From Malacoraja senta (taxonomy: Eukaryota): DNA of 64,000 nt. The stretch is taken from positions 16,246,001 to 16,310,000 of the forward strand of contig CM075990.1 of assembly GCA_038087875.1 (NCBI GenBank). Direction: 5' to 3'. Within the stretch, counting starts at the first letter, position 1, and each line of letters begins with the position of its first letter. The translations under genes were made by a program, and so were the position numbers. The notes under the pieces were generated by a model, which saw only the letters and a list, made by a program, of their open reading frames with translations, did no database searches and was not told where the DNA came from. This document shows positions 38,024-52,318 of this stretch, in pieces.

Positions 38024-38691
38024 ATAGAAACATAGAAACATAGAAATTAGGTGCAGGAGTAGGCCATTCGGCCCTTCGAGCCTGCACCGCCATTCAATAT
38101 GATCATGGCTGATCATCCAACTCAGTATCCCGTACCTGCCTTCTCTCCATACCCTCTGATCCCTTTAGCCACAAGGGCCACATCTAACTCCCTCTTAAAT
38201 ATAGCCAATGAACTGGCCTCGACTACCCTCTGTGGCAGAGAGTTCCAGAGATTCACCACTCTCTGTGTGAAAAAAGTTCTTCTCATCTCGGTTTTAAAGG
38301 ATTTCCCCCTTATCCTTAAGCTGTGACCCCTTGTCCTGGACTTCCCCAACATCGGGAGCAATCTTCCTGCATCTAGCCTGTCCAACCCCTTAAGAATTTT
38401 GTAAGTTTCTATAAGATCCCCTCTCAATCTCCTAAATTCTAGAGGGTATAAACCAAGTCTATCCAGTCTTTCATCATAAGACAGTCCTGACATCCCAGGA
38501 ATCAGTCTGGTGAACCTTCTCTGCACTCCCTCTATGGCAATAATGTCCTTCCTCAGATTTGGAGACCAAAACTGTACGCAATACTCCAGGTGTGGTCTCA
38601 CCAAGACCCTGTACAACTGCAGTAGAACCTCCCTGCTCCTATACTCAAATCCTTTTGCTATGAAAGCTAACATACCATTCGCTTTCTGCAC
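38024..38691 (-). mobile_element. Young CR1 LINE 3' fragment
   Basis: Uninterrupted 189-aa RT C-terminus (LVRPHLEYCVQFWSP, LEFRRLRGDLIETYKI, RVVNLWNSLP); (TTTCTATG)n tail. Confidence 0.92.
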
Positions 38692-39995
38692 TGCCTTGTG
38701 TCACTGGGAACACCCTGTAAATCAGAGAGTCCTCAGCTCCATTGTTGTTTGGGATAAACTGTGACTAGCACCCTGGCATATTTTATGGCAGAGATAGATA
38801 GATTCTTGATTAGTACAACTGTCAGAGGTTAAGGGGAGAAGGCAGGAGAATGGGGTTAGGAGGGAGAGATAGATCAGCCATGATTGAATGGTGGAGTAGA
38901 CTTGATGGGCCAAATGGCCTAATTCTACAACTATCATTTATGATCTTGTGGCATTTTAGGCCTTCTTAGCAAATCCATACTCTACAAAGAGGTGGGCAAC
39001 CATCTCCTCTCCAAACCAACCGTCCCAAGGCAACATGCATTTGGAGGCAGACACTGACAGTACACACAGGATCGGACTGGGAAGGCCTCTCTCGCCAGCA
39101 GCCAAGAGAGGTTTTGGTGCTTGTTGGTGAGTTCTGGCGATGGGGGAGTTGGGGGAGTCCAGAACCAGGGGCCACAGTTTAAGAATAAGGGGTAGGCCAA
39201 TTAGGACTGAGATGAGGAAAAACATGTTCACCTAGAGAGTTGTGAATCTGTGGAATTCTCTGCCACAGAAGGCAGTGGAGGCCAATTCACTGGATGTTTT
39301 CAAGAGGGAGTTAGATATAGTTCTCAGGGCTTAAGAGATCAAGGGCTATGGGGAGAAGGCAGGAACGAGGTACTGATTCAGGATGATCAGCCATAATCAT
39401 ATTGAATAGTTGCGCTGGCTCGAAAGACTGAATAGCCTACTCCTGCACCTATATTCTATGTTTCTATTTTTCTATGAGACAGTCCACCAGTCAATCTGGG
39501 CAGTCTACTCAGGGAACCATGTCACAGAACCCACTGAGCCCTTGACCCGCAGTGCCCATGGGATGTGTAACACTCATTCTTACCACAGGCTACAGACTTC
39601 TGATGTCCAGGCCTGGCATTTTCCTGCCCTCGTCATCCTTTTCAGTCTCAGTGTGGGCCTTACTCTGACTAAAATCCAACACTTTGAATGTTGCGGTACA
39701 ACAGACAGTTAATATTAAGATAGACATGCTGGAGTAACTCAGCGAGAGTAACTCCAGCATGTTGTGTCTATCTTCGATTTAAACCAGCATCTGCAGTTCC
39801 TTCCTACTCAGAGAATTAAATGTTAAAGTGAGAAGATGTCTGAAAAGAAATATCTCATACTTAAAGTAACAATCATTTCCAAAACAAATGCAAATATAAC
39901 GCGGTAGAGGGAGCCCCTGGGTGTAAGGATGATGTGGATAGAGTTGCAGTTATCCCATGTCAACACGTTGGGGCGCTAGAGCCTCGCGGAGGTCC

Positions 39996-40016
39996 AGCGC
40001 TCTCCTTGGTCCTGAA
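39996..40016 (-). promoter_or_regulatory. RE1/NRSE (REST binding site)
   Basis: Minus strand TTCAGGACCAAGGAGAGCGCT vs consensus TTCAGCACCACGGACAGCGCC: 17/21 match with canonical spacing, in unique DNA upstream of the cholinergic locus. Confidence 0.75.
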
Positions 40017-43000
40017 TAGACCCAGCGAATAATAGTGCCTTAAAATTACTTCAAATCCTTTTGCATTCTTGGATCATTGGAATTAATTTGTATTGGAAAC
40101 TAATAATACAGAGCTCAGGATTAATAACAACTTTTTAAAATAAACCAATGGATTGTTTTGATCCATCAAAGGAATGTCAAGTCAAACCTGCATGTAACCC
40201 CGAGGGGGCTGACACAAAGTGCTGGAGTAACTCAGCGGGTCGAGACCCTTCTTCAGACTTATACCGAGAACCCTGTTTGCAATTACCCGCAACTTCTCAC
40301 TGAAGTGTTAAAACATTGCAGTTGTAGTTCCCGCTGCATAATATGGTTGCCAAAGACAGCTTCTAATAGCCCATGTACATTAAAGGGAATCAAGGTGAAC
40401 CTAAGGAGAACAGAATATGCGGAAGAATATGCGGTGAGACAAGTAGGGTCGGAGAGAGTAGTGGGATGCATGAATTCTAATACAGACCCCGTCTCTGTAA
40501 CCTATTCCCAGTCAACATCATATAAAATTCCAAGCTATTTACCGAATTTATTTACATTTCACGCCAATTAATTTCCTTTTTCTAAAAAATATCAATGTGG
40601 CTATTAAACTAAATTAACAGTTTATAACTTTAAATATCTCCTGATGTTTTTGACCAGTCCTGTTTAAATTGTCCATTTATCATTAAAATTGGGCTTCTAA
40701 TCTTTATCATCGTAGTTTATTTAGCAGAACTGATGAGAAGCCGAATCGTCGCCCCTTCAACAAGTTGGAAATGTGTCCCGTTGGTGTTTTCTTTTTGCTG
40801 AAATATGGTTATTGTTGTTGGCGAGGGGAGGTGGGGCGGTGGGGAGGGGGGGGGGGGGTTGTTCCACGCCAACACAAAGGCGAGTTAAATGAGTGCGCGT
40901 TTCATCATCGTTAGCCGAGAGGTTTTAATTGTGTCGGCGCTGCTTTGTTCTGAGATCTCGTTAATTGTTGTTGATGATTCGAAGATTTGTGGAGCATTGC
41001 GTCTCCCTATGGGGTCTGTGCGACGAGATAAACAGCGTCGAGAAAGTAGGTGGCAGTGAAATAGGAAAACCAACAGGATATGTCAATGTCATTGCGACAT
41101 TTTTTCTTTTTTTCTAAGTAGCCCAACTGAGACCAGAAACATACGCGTAATCCAACAAGGACTAAATGACAAATTGCATCATTTTTTTGTCGACCCGGGT
41201 TAATTGTGCCCTCTGCTTTTTACTCGGCTGAGATCGCCTTTTCTAAGTGGGCCTGGATTGATTTGTGACAATACTCATGTACCTTCATTACCCTGCTGTT
41301 ATCCAATTATGAGCTCGCTGTGAGAGCCAGTGTGGGCAAAGGGAAACGCCAGTGGGTTATAAACTCGGTGCTCGGTCTGAAAACGGGGAAAGGAAGTGAA
41401 TTTTGTAAACATTTGAATGCACATTTACATTTGCTAATGTCTTAGAAAAAGTGATCTGTGGAACCACAAGTAAAATACCATACACCCGCATCAATTTATT
41501 TGTTTTAAAGCTAAAATGTAGGTCCAGTGGTAATGTGTAGGAAGGAACTGCAGATGCTTTTTTAAACCAAAGATAGATACAAAATGCTGGAGTAACTCGG
41601 CGGGACAGGCACCGTCTCTCCAGAGATGCTGCCTGTCCCGCTGAGTTACTCCAGCATTTTGTGTCCAATAGTAATATGTTGGGTACAAAGTTGTGATTCT
41701 CAATGTCATTTAAAACACAAAATCATGCCTTTCTGCGATCCAGCCTGCACATCTCATGAATCTCGATGTCAATCTAGAATCTATTAATCCAACAATTTGT
41801 GTAACCCGCTATTCCTGGCCTGATCCAGCGCACTCGCTGATTGACACTTCGTTCAATTAGCGCTATGTTTTCTCCTCTGTGCCCATCCGACTTGTCGCCT
41901 CCGTGTTGTCAACGCGAAAGCTGTCTCTCTGATTTCGTACTGGGCAAAATGACAACATGTTGATCGAAATTCACCACACTTTTCTCTCTCTCTCATGGTT
42001 TTGTATGTACCTGTTACCAAAATAGCGAAATTGGACTAAATATTTCTGGAAAGAATTTGGAAACGAACTCAGGGCCGAAGAACAAAATATGTATAAGGGG
42101 TAGAACAAAATAAATGGGCGCCAATTCTTGCGATGTATGCACATGTCCAGACTGTAAGGCGTAACCTTAACTTTAAAAAACATATAACTTTAGGTAATTT
42201 TTTAATCAATAGGCAAGTTTGAAACTTCCACGTGTAAGTATTCTAAATTTCTTGCAAACTCATATTCGCAAATAATATTCAGTTTCGTAGATGTAAATAT
42301 TCGCCAAGTTGATTGCTGCTTTAATAGGTTTTTAGAAGAATCCCGGCCAGAATATAGTGGAAACCGTTCATAATGAGGATAGTATGTTTTGTTTTGCATT
42401 AAAGATTTAGTCCTTTTGCATTTATTTATTCGGCAGTGGATTGATAACTGTGGTTATATTGGATGTTATCAGTCACCCGGACAGGAACCAGCTACAACAA
42501 AATATATTTCTATTTATATTACATTAAAATAAAGGGCCGTGGACGAAGAGAGAGCGACCAAGTCTCTTCAGAATGAAAACAGAAGGGTGGGGCTTAGCCA
42601 AGACCCTGGTGTGAGCTTTAAGAATCTGCTGGGGAAAAGATTTTAGTGTGCAGAGACAAGCAAGCTGATTACTCACTGAAGACATGGGAAACTCGCCTTC
42701 CTGGAGATGGAGAACAAGGTGGGAGCCTGCTGGAGTTTGGAGAAATAGACAAGTCAAAGATGTAATGCGAAGAGGAAGCACAAGGGACAGCAGATGCTGG
42801 AACCCGGAGCAAACAAAAAATCAAATTACTGGCGGAACCAGACAGCATCTATGGAGGGACATGGACAGTCTGCAGAGCTAGTCCAGGTGCTTTGTTTCAA
42901 TCAGAAACATTGACTGTCCATTTTCCTCCACAGATGCTGCGAGGCACAATTAGTCCCTCTAGCAGATTGTTTGTTTTTTCAAATATGAAGATGGGTTTAA

Positions 43001-46000
43001 AATAATAATATATACAAGAGCTAGTTCAGGTCAATAGGAACAGGAATATCAGAAAGTGTCATAGAGTCATAAGGCATGGAAACAGACCCTCTGGTCATCC
43101 CGCCCAGGCCGACCAAGATGGCCCATTCAAGATATACCCATTGGCCCATATCCCACGCCTTTATCCACATACCTGTGCTAATGTGCTATACTAGTTATGA
43201 GCAGCAGAGGTTTGGAACATGTGAAGTTTAATGAAGTTGAAGGACTGTCAAGTGAACTATTGTTGAGGTTTCAAGGCAGGCTGATTGGAAGTGGGTTGAG
43301 GCAGGTTATGTTTGTGATGGAGGTGAATGGTCTTCATGATGGTAAATGGTGTCAGTAGCACCACTTAGGTTAGGTTAGCCACAAAGATTATAATTATCAA
43401 AGGGTATCGAGTCAGCTGTGTGTCCTCAGATTTTGTTATGCCTTCAGCCTTAGTTACCTCATTATGTCTTCCCGACAGATAACAGGAGATAAATTTGAAT
43501 CATCTGAGACAAGGTCGTGGTCAGTTTGTGGAATGTGGTGCTTATGAAAACTGGCTCCATGTCAACAGACAAAGTCAGCAAAGGACATTGCATAGATGGA
43601 GAGTGAGGTAATTAGTTGCGTCTTTCAAACTCCAGGGAAAATAATTCAAGGCCGGGAGAAGAAGCCATTTTAGGAAACTCTCTGGCTGCAAGTGGATGTG
43701 TGTAAATGGAAGGAAGTGAAGGTAGCTCCACCAGGTTGGAGATAGAAGGAACACTTTGGATGAGAATGGTAATGTTGCCTACTGTACGTTGATGTAGTTT
43801 CAGAAGCAATGCTGCACCCTGTATGAAAGCCACAGAAGATTCATTTTGTTGACTTGGAACTTAAAAGCCACTGGGCACCAGCAGGCGAGAATCAATGTAG
43901 TTATTTCATACCAGAAAATGTAACTGCAGATTTATCTGGGAGCGGGTATGGAAAAGTGGGCAGCTCCAGTTTGCCAATTTTTCTGCCTGTATTATCCATC
44001 ATCTGTGGTGACATTCAAGGTATCTATGTTGTGTGTATGAAGGAACTGCAGATGCTGGTTTACATCAAAGATAGACACAAAATGCTGGAGTAACTCAGCA
44101 GGACATGCAGCATCTCTGGATAGAAGGAATGGGTGACTTTTCATGTTGAGACCCTTCTTCAGACCCAAAACGTCCCCCATCCTTCTATACAGAGATGGTG
44201 CCTGTCCCGTTGAGTTACTCCAGCATTTTGTGTCGAACTATGCTGGGTATTTTCTTTGCTCTAATACTGTTGCAGTAATTAGGTCCACAAGTATTAATAA
44301 TACTTCAGGACAACTTCATCAAGTAATGATACTTTTGGCAATGCTTCAGAGCTTTTGCAATCTATTCTTTTGCATACAAAATTACAGACTTGGGTTGTCT
44401 CCAAAAAGTTTTATCTAGTTCAATCTCAGCCTTTGAAGAGATGTGATCCAAAGATCCATCCACTCCACTAAAGGTGAACTGCCTGCCCTAATCTTAAATC
44501 CAAAGTGGAGAATTGTGCACTGTCCTATGTCTGCCCATCTTTATAACTTCATCTATAGTATTTTCACAATATAATTAGTTGAATTTCTATCTTCTGAAAA
44601 TATCTAAATAAAGTAGTGCAATCTTGTGAGTATTGATGGAATATTGCGATGAAAAGCAAAATAGTGGAGATTCTGGACATTTGAAATAAACATAAAAAGC
44701 TGGAAATTGTAATGAAACATTAACTGCTTATTTCATGGACTCAGCCTGGCCTGTCAAATATTTCCTGTTTTATAAGCAATATTACATCTTATTCTGCTTT
44801 AATTTAAAAACAGAATTGTTCATCCAGATTCTTAGCAATGTTAAAAGTAGCACGTTTGATTCAATGTAATTACAAATGCAAAAGTCTAAAGCATTTAAAC
44901 TAAATGCTTTAGACAAAAGTCTAAAACACTTCATAGATGTTCATTTAAATTCCTTTTTACTTAAGCATTGCTCAGTTGCACATGGTCATTTTATGTGAAA
45001 TATTGTGCTTTAAAGTAATTTTAGGGAACAGCGCATCAGTCTCTACTCACTGTTTCATGTAGCAAAAGTATACTATATTAATGGACAGTCTTGCTACAAG
45101 CTGAATGCTTTGCAATTGTGTTTCTCTTCAAAGGCAGACAAGATTATGCATCAATGTGTATAATTTGGTGTAGATGCTTATTTCAAGGCAGCAATGGCAG
45201 CTTATGTAATTTTGAGCATTTCCTGGTTCTGTTTTCCAAATGATAAGGAATAACACCTAATCTTTACAACTCAACGATGGAAGAATGCAGTTACATTAAT
45301 GCGATGACCAGTTACTGCTGGAAGAATAATATCACCATGGGTTTCAATCTAATAGATCTTGGCCAAACAATGGAAAATTGCAAGTTAAAGACAAAATGTT
45401 TCCAAACCGAAACTAGAAACTTCCAGAAACATTAATTGGTGAAGTGTGTGCCCGCATATCTAATGGGATATATGGAAGAAAAAAAGCTTACTTCACTGAG
45501 GAAAGTCCACGAATGCTATAAGCATGTGGCAAAATGTAGAAGCAGATTTATTACACATGTTGGTGGGCTATGCTGCTTTAATGTACAAGCTAGGTTTAGC
45601 TCTTAGAGCTAAGGGAATCAAGGGATATGGGGGAAAAAGCCGTAACGGTGTACTGATTTTGGATGATCAGCCATGATCATATCGAATAGCGATGCTGGCT
45701 CGAAGGGCCGAATGGCCTACTCCTGCACCTATTTTCTATGTTTCCAAGTACAAATAAGTACTTGGACATACAAGTACTTCTTGTAAGTACTGATAGACCA
45801 TTGGAACTGGAGGAACTGTCTGTTTAGTATATAACTCACCTGCTGAAGAATATTTGGTAGTATCTGTTGTACATCTATGTCCATCCGGAATTGCAATTAC
45901 CTGCACAATGTTCTTATAAGAGCGTCACATGCACTGTAGTGGAGCACAGAATCAAAGCTTGTCAATGATGCCTTCATGAGATTTACATTTTGAGAATCCA

Positions 46001-46527
46001 AAATAAAAAAAACTTTGTCCATTTGAATAAAGGAAACTGTTTCTAAATACTGGAACACCACAATATTTTAAATGCACCATCTTACATTGCTCCATGGTAA
46101 AATTACCCTGCGGACGTTCATAGTCTCTAGTGTTCACACATTTTGGCTGTATTTTCTTAAGTGTTTTGCCAATCTCCACAGTGTTCTTGGTTCTTGGTTT
46201 CTTGGTCCTCCAAAATATTCCAAATGGAATTTAAACTGTGTTCAATACATTGCCGATTTTTATTTCATTTGTATGTTTTGAAACATTGTCCAGTTACCCA
46301 CATAATTAATATACAGATTATATTTATTATTATTATTAATATACAGTATATCAAAGCATCCGTCAGTCCTGGAACATGCCCGAGGTTAACACAATTGAAT
46401 TATTTCAAGATCTTTGACATGAAACATTAACTCTGTTTGAGCCTGTGAATATTCAGTATTTTTGTTACTATTTCAGATTTCCAATATCTGTAGATTAAAA
46501 AAAATAATTCACTACCAACTCATTCCC

Positions 46528-47197
46528 TCAAGTCAAGTCAAAATAATTTATTGTCATGTGTCCCAGATAGGACAATGAAATTCTTGCTTGCTACAGCACA
46601 ACAAAATATAGTAAGCATAAATACAGAACAGTCCAGCATAGTTCATGTATATACACATAAATAAACAGATAAAGTGCAATAGGCTGTTATAATTCAGAGG
46701 TTGTTTGATGGCGAGTTTAATAGGCTGATGGCTGTGGGGAAGAAGCTGTTCCTCAACCTGGATGTACCAGATTTCAGGCTCCTGTACCTTCTACCTGATG
46801 GCAGCGGAGAGATGAGTGTGTGGCCAGGATGGTGTGGGTCCTTGATGATGCTGGCAGCCTTTTTGAGGCAGCGACTGTGATAGATCCCTTCGATGGCGGG
46901 GAGGTCAGAGCCGATAATGGATTGGGCAGTGGTCACAACTTTCTGCATTCTTTTCCGCTCCTGGACGCTCAAGTTGCCGAACCAAGCCACGATGCAACCG
47001 GTCAGCATGCTCTCTACTGTGCACCTGTAGAAGTTCGAGAGAGTCCTCTTTGACAAACCGACTCTCCATAATCTTCTCAGGAAGTAGAGTCGCTGATGTG
47101 CTTTCTTTATAATTGCATCAGTGTGCTGGGACCAGGAAAGATCTTTGGAAATATGCATGCCCAGGAATTTGAAGCTCTTGACCCTTTCTACCATCGT
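46528..47197 (-). mobile_element. 5'-truncated non-LTR retrotransposon, same group as 28495-29490
   Basis: VERVKSFKFLG, KKAHQRLYFLRRL, RLRNSFFP motifs; (CTTGA)n tail. Confidence 0.88.
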
Positions 47198-50100
47198 CTC
47201 CTCCAATCTGAAATGGTGATATGGGGAGAAGGCAGGCATGGGGTACTGATTGTAGATGATCAGCCATGATCACAGTGAATGGTGGTGCTGGCTCAAAGGG
47301 CCGAATGGCCTACTGCTGCATCTATTGGCTATTGTCTAAAACAACCAGACTCTCTACTTTGCATCAAGAATCTTGGCCAAGTTTATATCCTTGGTGCCAC
47401 TACCCCTTTGATCTCATAAATTTAAATTTTGCAAACAAGCTCATTAGATGGTACTTTGTCAAAGAGGTTTTTTTTACGTCCAGAAGCGCACATCAATTAC
47501 ATTACCCTTAATAGCACTCTCCATTAGTCCTTCAAGGACTTGATCAAATTAGTCAAACACAATTTGCCATTTAACAAATCAATGTTGGCTTTTAGTTATA
47601 AGGCAATACTACTTCAAATGCCAATTAATTTTTCTCCATGTTATTATATTTTCAGTTTCCTTACCACTGACATTAAATTGGCTGGAGTGCACTTCACCAG
47701 TTTAATTATTCTTGCTGATGTTAAGCAGGGATGCAATATTGGTATGTATCCTGCCTTCCAGTTACCCTTTATCTATTCGGTCCAGTCAAATATCTTTAAT
47801 CTTGAGCAACCTGCGTCATCTTTTCTAGGGAATACAGCTGCAAAGTATCAACTAATTTTCAGCCATGCATTCTACCTCCACGAAAGGTAGGTTCAGTTCC
47901 TTTACCAAACATTCCACCAGTTTTTATGAAACAGTAATACATGACCTCAAATTTCAGCCGATGGCATTAATTTACATTGGCAGACCAGGGTAAAGGGCTG
48001 AACTTCATCAGTCAAAGATGTCTGAGTCAGAAACATAGAGGGAAGGGACACATCAGGAGTAGAACATTTACAAATTGGTTCATAAACCTTGGGTATTTTA
48101 AGGAAACAAGGGGATGTTGAGCAGTTCTGCAGTTTTTGAGATCCTGGAAGAAATGAATGAAGTAGATAGTGGCATTTAAGAGGCTTATAGATGCGAGAGA
48201 GTAATTTATGAGGCTTTGGATATGTACATGGACATAGAGAGATATGGATCATGTGCAGGCAGAGGAGGTTAGGATAGCTTGGCATCATGCTTGGCACAGA
48301 CAATGTGGGCTGAAGGGCCTGCTCCCAAATTGTGCTGTTATTTGTTCTATGTTCCAGAAACTTAATCTGAACAACTCTATTCTGAATTTAATTTCAAACC
48401 CAGATTATTCAAAGGTTCAAAGGTCTTTTATTGCCACGTGTACCAATTAAGGTACAGTGATATTCAATTTCAAATGCCAATCATTTTTTGGGAATTATTA
48501 TCTCCAAAATGGCAGCCATTGATCTTCTAAATTCTAAGAAATATTTATTAATGTAATGTACTCCTTGGCGGCAGGGTACAATCCCAGTAAATTGTCCATA
48601 AAAGACCAATATATGCCTCAGAAATGGTATTTCCAATTCAGAGGTCCATGTCAAGAGGAAATATGTTTAAAGTAGTATCTGGAGTTTGGAGAATGTAAAG
48701 GAGTACCTTCATATGGACACTGACTGTTGGTATTTGTAAATGGGAGAAAATATATAATGCAACAGGATCAAATAGCTACAATTGAGGGATACCCCACTTG
48801 ACAGGTTATAATTAGAGAGAGCTATGTTATTAATATTACATTAGCTAATAGCACAAGGCAACTTCTGTCATCTGAGGAAAATGTTGATACAAGAGTGTAA
48901 TTGCTGGGCAATGTATTCAATAATCATATTGAATTTGGCAATGCCAATTTTTCAAGAGGATTTGGACCAATTGAACCAACAGAGTCTGAAGACCCGAAAC
49001 ATTATCTGTCCATTTCATCCACTGATGCGGTCTGATCCGCTGAGTTGTTCCGGCACTTTGTTATTTGCACGAGTTTGAAATCCATATTTCATATAATGCT
49101 ATTATTGAATTTATAGTTTCATAGCATCCTTTGAATAAGACCTGCCTGCATGTTGCTCATTTTAGAAAGTAATACTGTGGACTTTTCAAATTCAAATGTC
49201 ATCATTCAAGATCACCCATGAAATGTTATTGTGCAATGGAATATTTTGTCAAGTCATGCCTCATACGTTGGTCAATTTATAATGACATATTGATATAAAT
49301 AGCATAATGATATTCAGACTTAGTCATAATTTAATGACATTTTTGTGAATGGCTTGAAGAATGGAAAGGCATTTCAACCAATGATTATGAGTCATGTTTG
49401 CTTTCTGCAATGCCAAGTCCTTTAAATGTTCTATTTTGCAAATGAAGGTAGTGAAAGTGATGACAAGAACATTTATATTAATTATGCACAAGTACTTGAC
49501 CTCACTGAGTCAGAGGAATAATGTGCTGGCCACAGAAAATTTAAAAGCTTACTTACTTTACTTTTGGCAAGCTATGTATGTCAATAAAGTCCCATTTCGA
49601 AAAGTGAGTTGGCCATATAGTTGATTAAAATTGATAAGCAACTCTAGCAGAATGTCATTTCATTTGTATTGAGTCAGGCACAGAGTCAAAATATAGGTAA
49701 GTCACATTGATCTCGTGGTACAGCCTGCTTATTGTTCTCGACAATGTAGGAATGTAGCCATTACACTTTCTATACATCTATACAGCTCACGGGGCAAAAC
49801 ATAAAGAGACGGACTAACTTAACGGGTCAGACAGCATCTGTGGAGAGAATGCACTGTCCACGTTTCAAGTTGGGATCCTTCTTCAGACTGATGGAGTAGG
49901 GAGGAGAAAGCTGGAAAAGAGAGGTGGGGGTGTCAAGTGGAAACCGGTGGAGGGTTCCTGATTAGCAGATGGGTGGACAGAGTAAGCGACAAAGGCTGGA
50001 GATGAAAAGGAGACAAAATGGTGTCAGATAGGGAGAGAAGAGGAGTGAAATGTAAAGCTGGATGGATGGATATGGGTGGAAGGGGACAGGATAAACTCGG

Positions 50101-51682
50101 CATCTAAGAAGGGAATAGACAGGCGACTTTTCGGGTCAAGACCATTCTTAATCTTCAGACTGATTTATTTATTGTTGGGATATAAGTATGAGCCAAGGCA
50201 TGTTGAAGAACCCTGATTTGGGTCTGCGATCTTTTATCTTGGCTTTGAGGGAGCGGGCAAATCTTCCACGTGTTGGAAGGATTGCACTCTCTTAAGTCGT
50301 GCGCTCTAACGGCGAAGATACTGTGCAGAAGCCTCTGGACTGGGATTCGAACCACTATGCTTTCGACACATAATGTATTCCCACCAATGTACAGGCTTGG
50401 CAGATCTGAGTGCTATTGCCCTTATTCGACAGATTCCATGCAGATAAAGGCATCGAGAGCAGTGTGCTGCAAACATTAGAAAGACCCAGAGTGTAACAAG
50501 TCGAGGTGTTCAGGTGCGATGTAGTTATTGTGTCCGTGGGTCGCTTTCTACTTAATGGTGAGCGTTGCTGCACACCAATGTCCTTGATCAACACCAGCCG
50601 CACGACTGGTCGGTCATTTGAGTCCGGGAGGGTCCGGTCCTTGTTTAGTTTAGTTTTAGAGATACAACATGGAAACAGGCCCTTCGGCCCATCGAATCCG
50701 AATTCTCCCAATTCTGTTAGCCCCTTGCTGTCTCCTCCCCTTCCTCAGCCCTCGGGCTGTCTCCTCCCATCACTCAGCCCTCGGGCTCCTCCGCCTTTTT
50801 CCTTTCTTCTCCCCACCCCCCATCAGTCTGAAGAAGGGTTTCGGCCCGAAACGTTGCCTATTTCCTTCGCTCCATAGATGCTGCTGCACCCGCTGAGTTT
50901 CTCCAGCATTTTTGTCTACCTTCGATTTTCCAGCATCTGCAGTTCCTTCTTAAACACCGACCAACCATCACCCGTGCACTAGTTCTATCCTACACACGAG
51001 GGACAGTTTACAGAAGCCGATTAACCTCCACGTTTTTGAAATGTGGGAGGAGACCGGAGCACTCGGGGGAAGCCCACGCGGCCACAGAGAGAACATGCAA
51101 GCTCCACACAGACAGCACCCTTGGTCAGAATCGAACCCGGGTTTCTGGCGCTGTAAGGCAGCAACTCTGCCGATGTGCCACCATTCTAATATTTGCCTCG
51201 CCTTTTCACCCCACTGCGCCAGAAATACAGCCGGCAACTCAACACCGTGAGTCTATGACACTATGGCTCTCTCTGACTCTATTACCGTGCGGTGTAATCC
51301 ATTGGCAACGCGTTCACGGTAAATCACTGTCACGTTTGTTTCCCTGCCTTTCTGTGAATGTTCAGCAGCGCTTTGGTCTTCAATAACTGGGCCCCTCCCA
51401 CCTTGCATGAAAATACTGGTCAGGCATTTGAAGCGAGTGCCTGTGATTCCAAGACCCAAGAGCCAAGAACATTAATGTCAGTGTTGACTGCTGACCCGCC
51501 TAACAAGGAGCCAGCGTTGCCATGTTATTGTGTAGGAAGGAAGGAACTGCAGATTCCTTGGTTTACACTGAAGATAGACACAAAAGGCTAGAACAACTCA
51601 GCGGGTCAGGTAGCATCTCTGGAGCAAAAGAAAAGAGAATCCTTTTCCCCAGAGATACTGCCTGACCCGCCGAGTTGCCATA

Positions 51683-52137
51683 TCAATAGACAATAGACTA
51701 TAGACAATAGACAATAGGTGCAGGAGTAGGCCATTCGGCCCTTCGAGCCAGCACCGACATTCAATGTGATCATGGCTGATCATCCCCAATCAGTACCCCG
51801 TTCCTGCCTTCTCCCTATATCCCCTGACTCCGCTATTTTTAAGAGCCCTATCTAGCTCTCTCTTGAAAGCATCCAGAGAACCTGCCTCCACCGCCCTCTG
51901 GGGCAGAGAATTCCACAGACTCACCACTCTCTGTGAGAAAAAGTGTTTCCTCGTCTCATTCTAAATGGCTTACTCCTTATTCTTAAAATGTGGCCCCTGG
52001 TTCTGGACTCCCCCAACATCGGAAACATGTTTCCTGCCTCTAGCGTGTCCAAGCCCTTAACAATCTTATATGTTTCAATGAGATTCCCTCGCATCCTTCT
52101 AAACTCCAGAGTGTACAAGCCCAGCTGCTCCATTCTC
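51683..52137 (-). mobile_element. CR1 LINE 3' fragment with (TATTGTC)n tail
   Basis: LGLYTLEFRRMRGNLIETYKI motif; tail CAATAGA repeats on +. Confidence 0.88.
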
Positions 52138-52318
52138 CATATCATGGGGGGGGGGGGGGGGGGGGGTTGGTAGATAATCCGACAAAGGTGAAACCAGGGA
52201 TCTAAAGGAAGCACAATACGCCGCAAGCGGGGCTGTTATTTCACGTCTTCAAAGAGTCAGATTCATTCCTGGCCTCTGATGCTACGTGCGTGGAGTTTGC
52301 ACACTCTACTTGGACCGA

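Noticed and set aside
38122..38691. 189-aa ORF as a host gene (likewise 28618-29454 and 46694-47239)
   Set aside because: RT C-terminal fragments of 5'-truncated LINEs with characteristic tails
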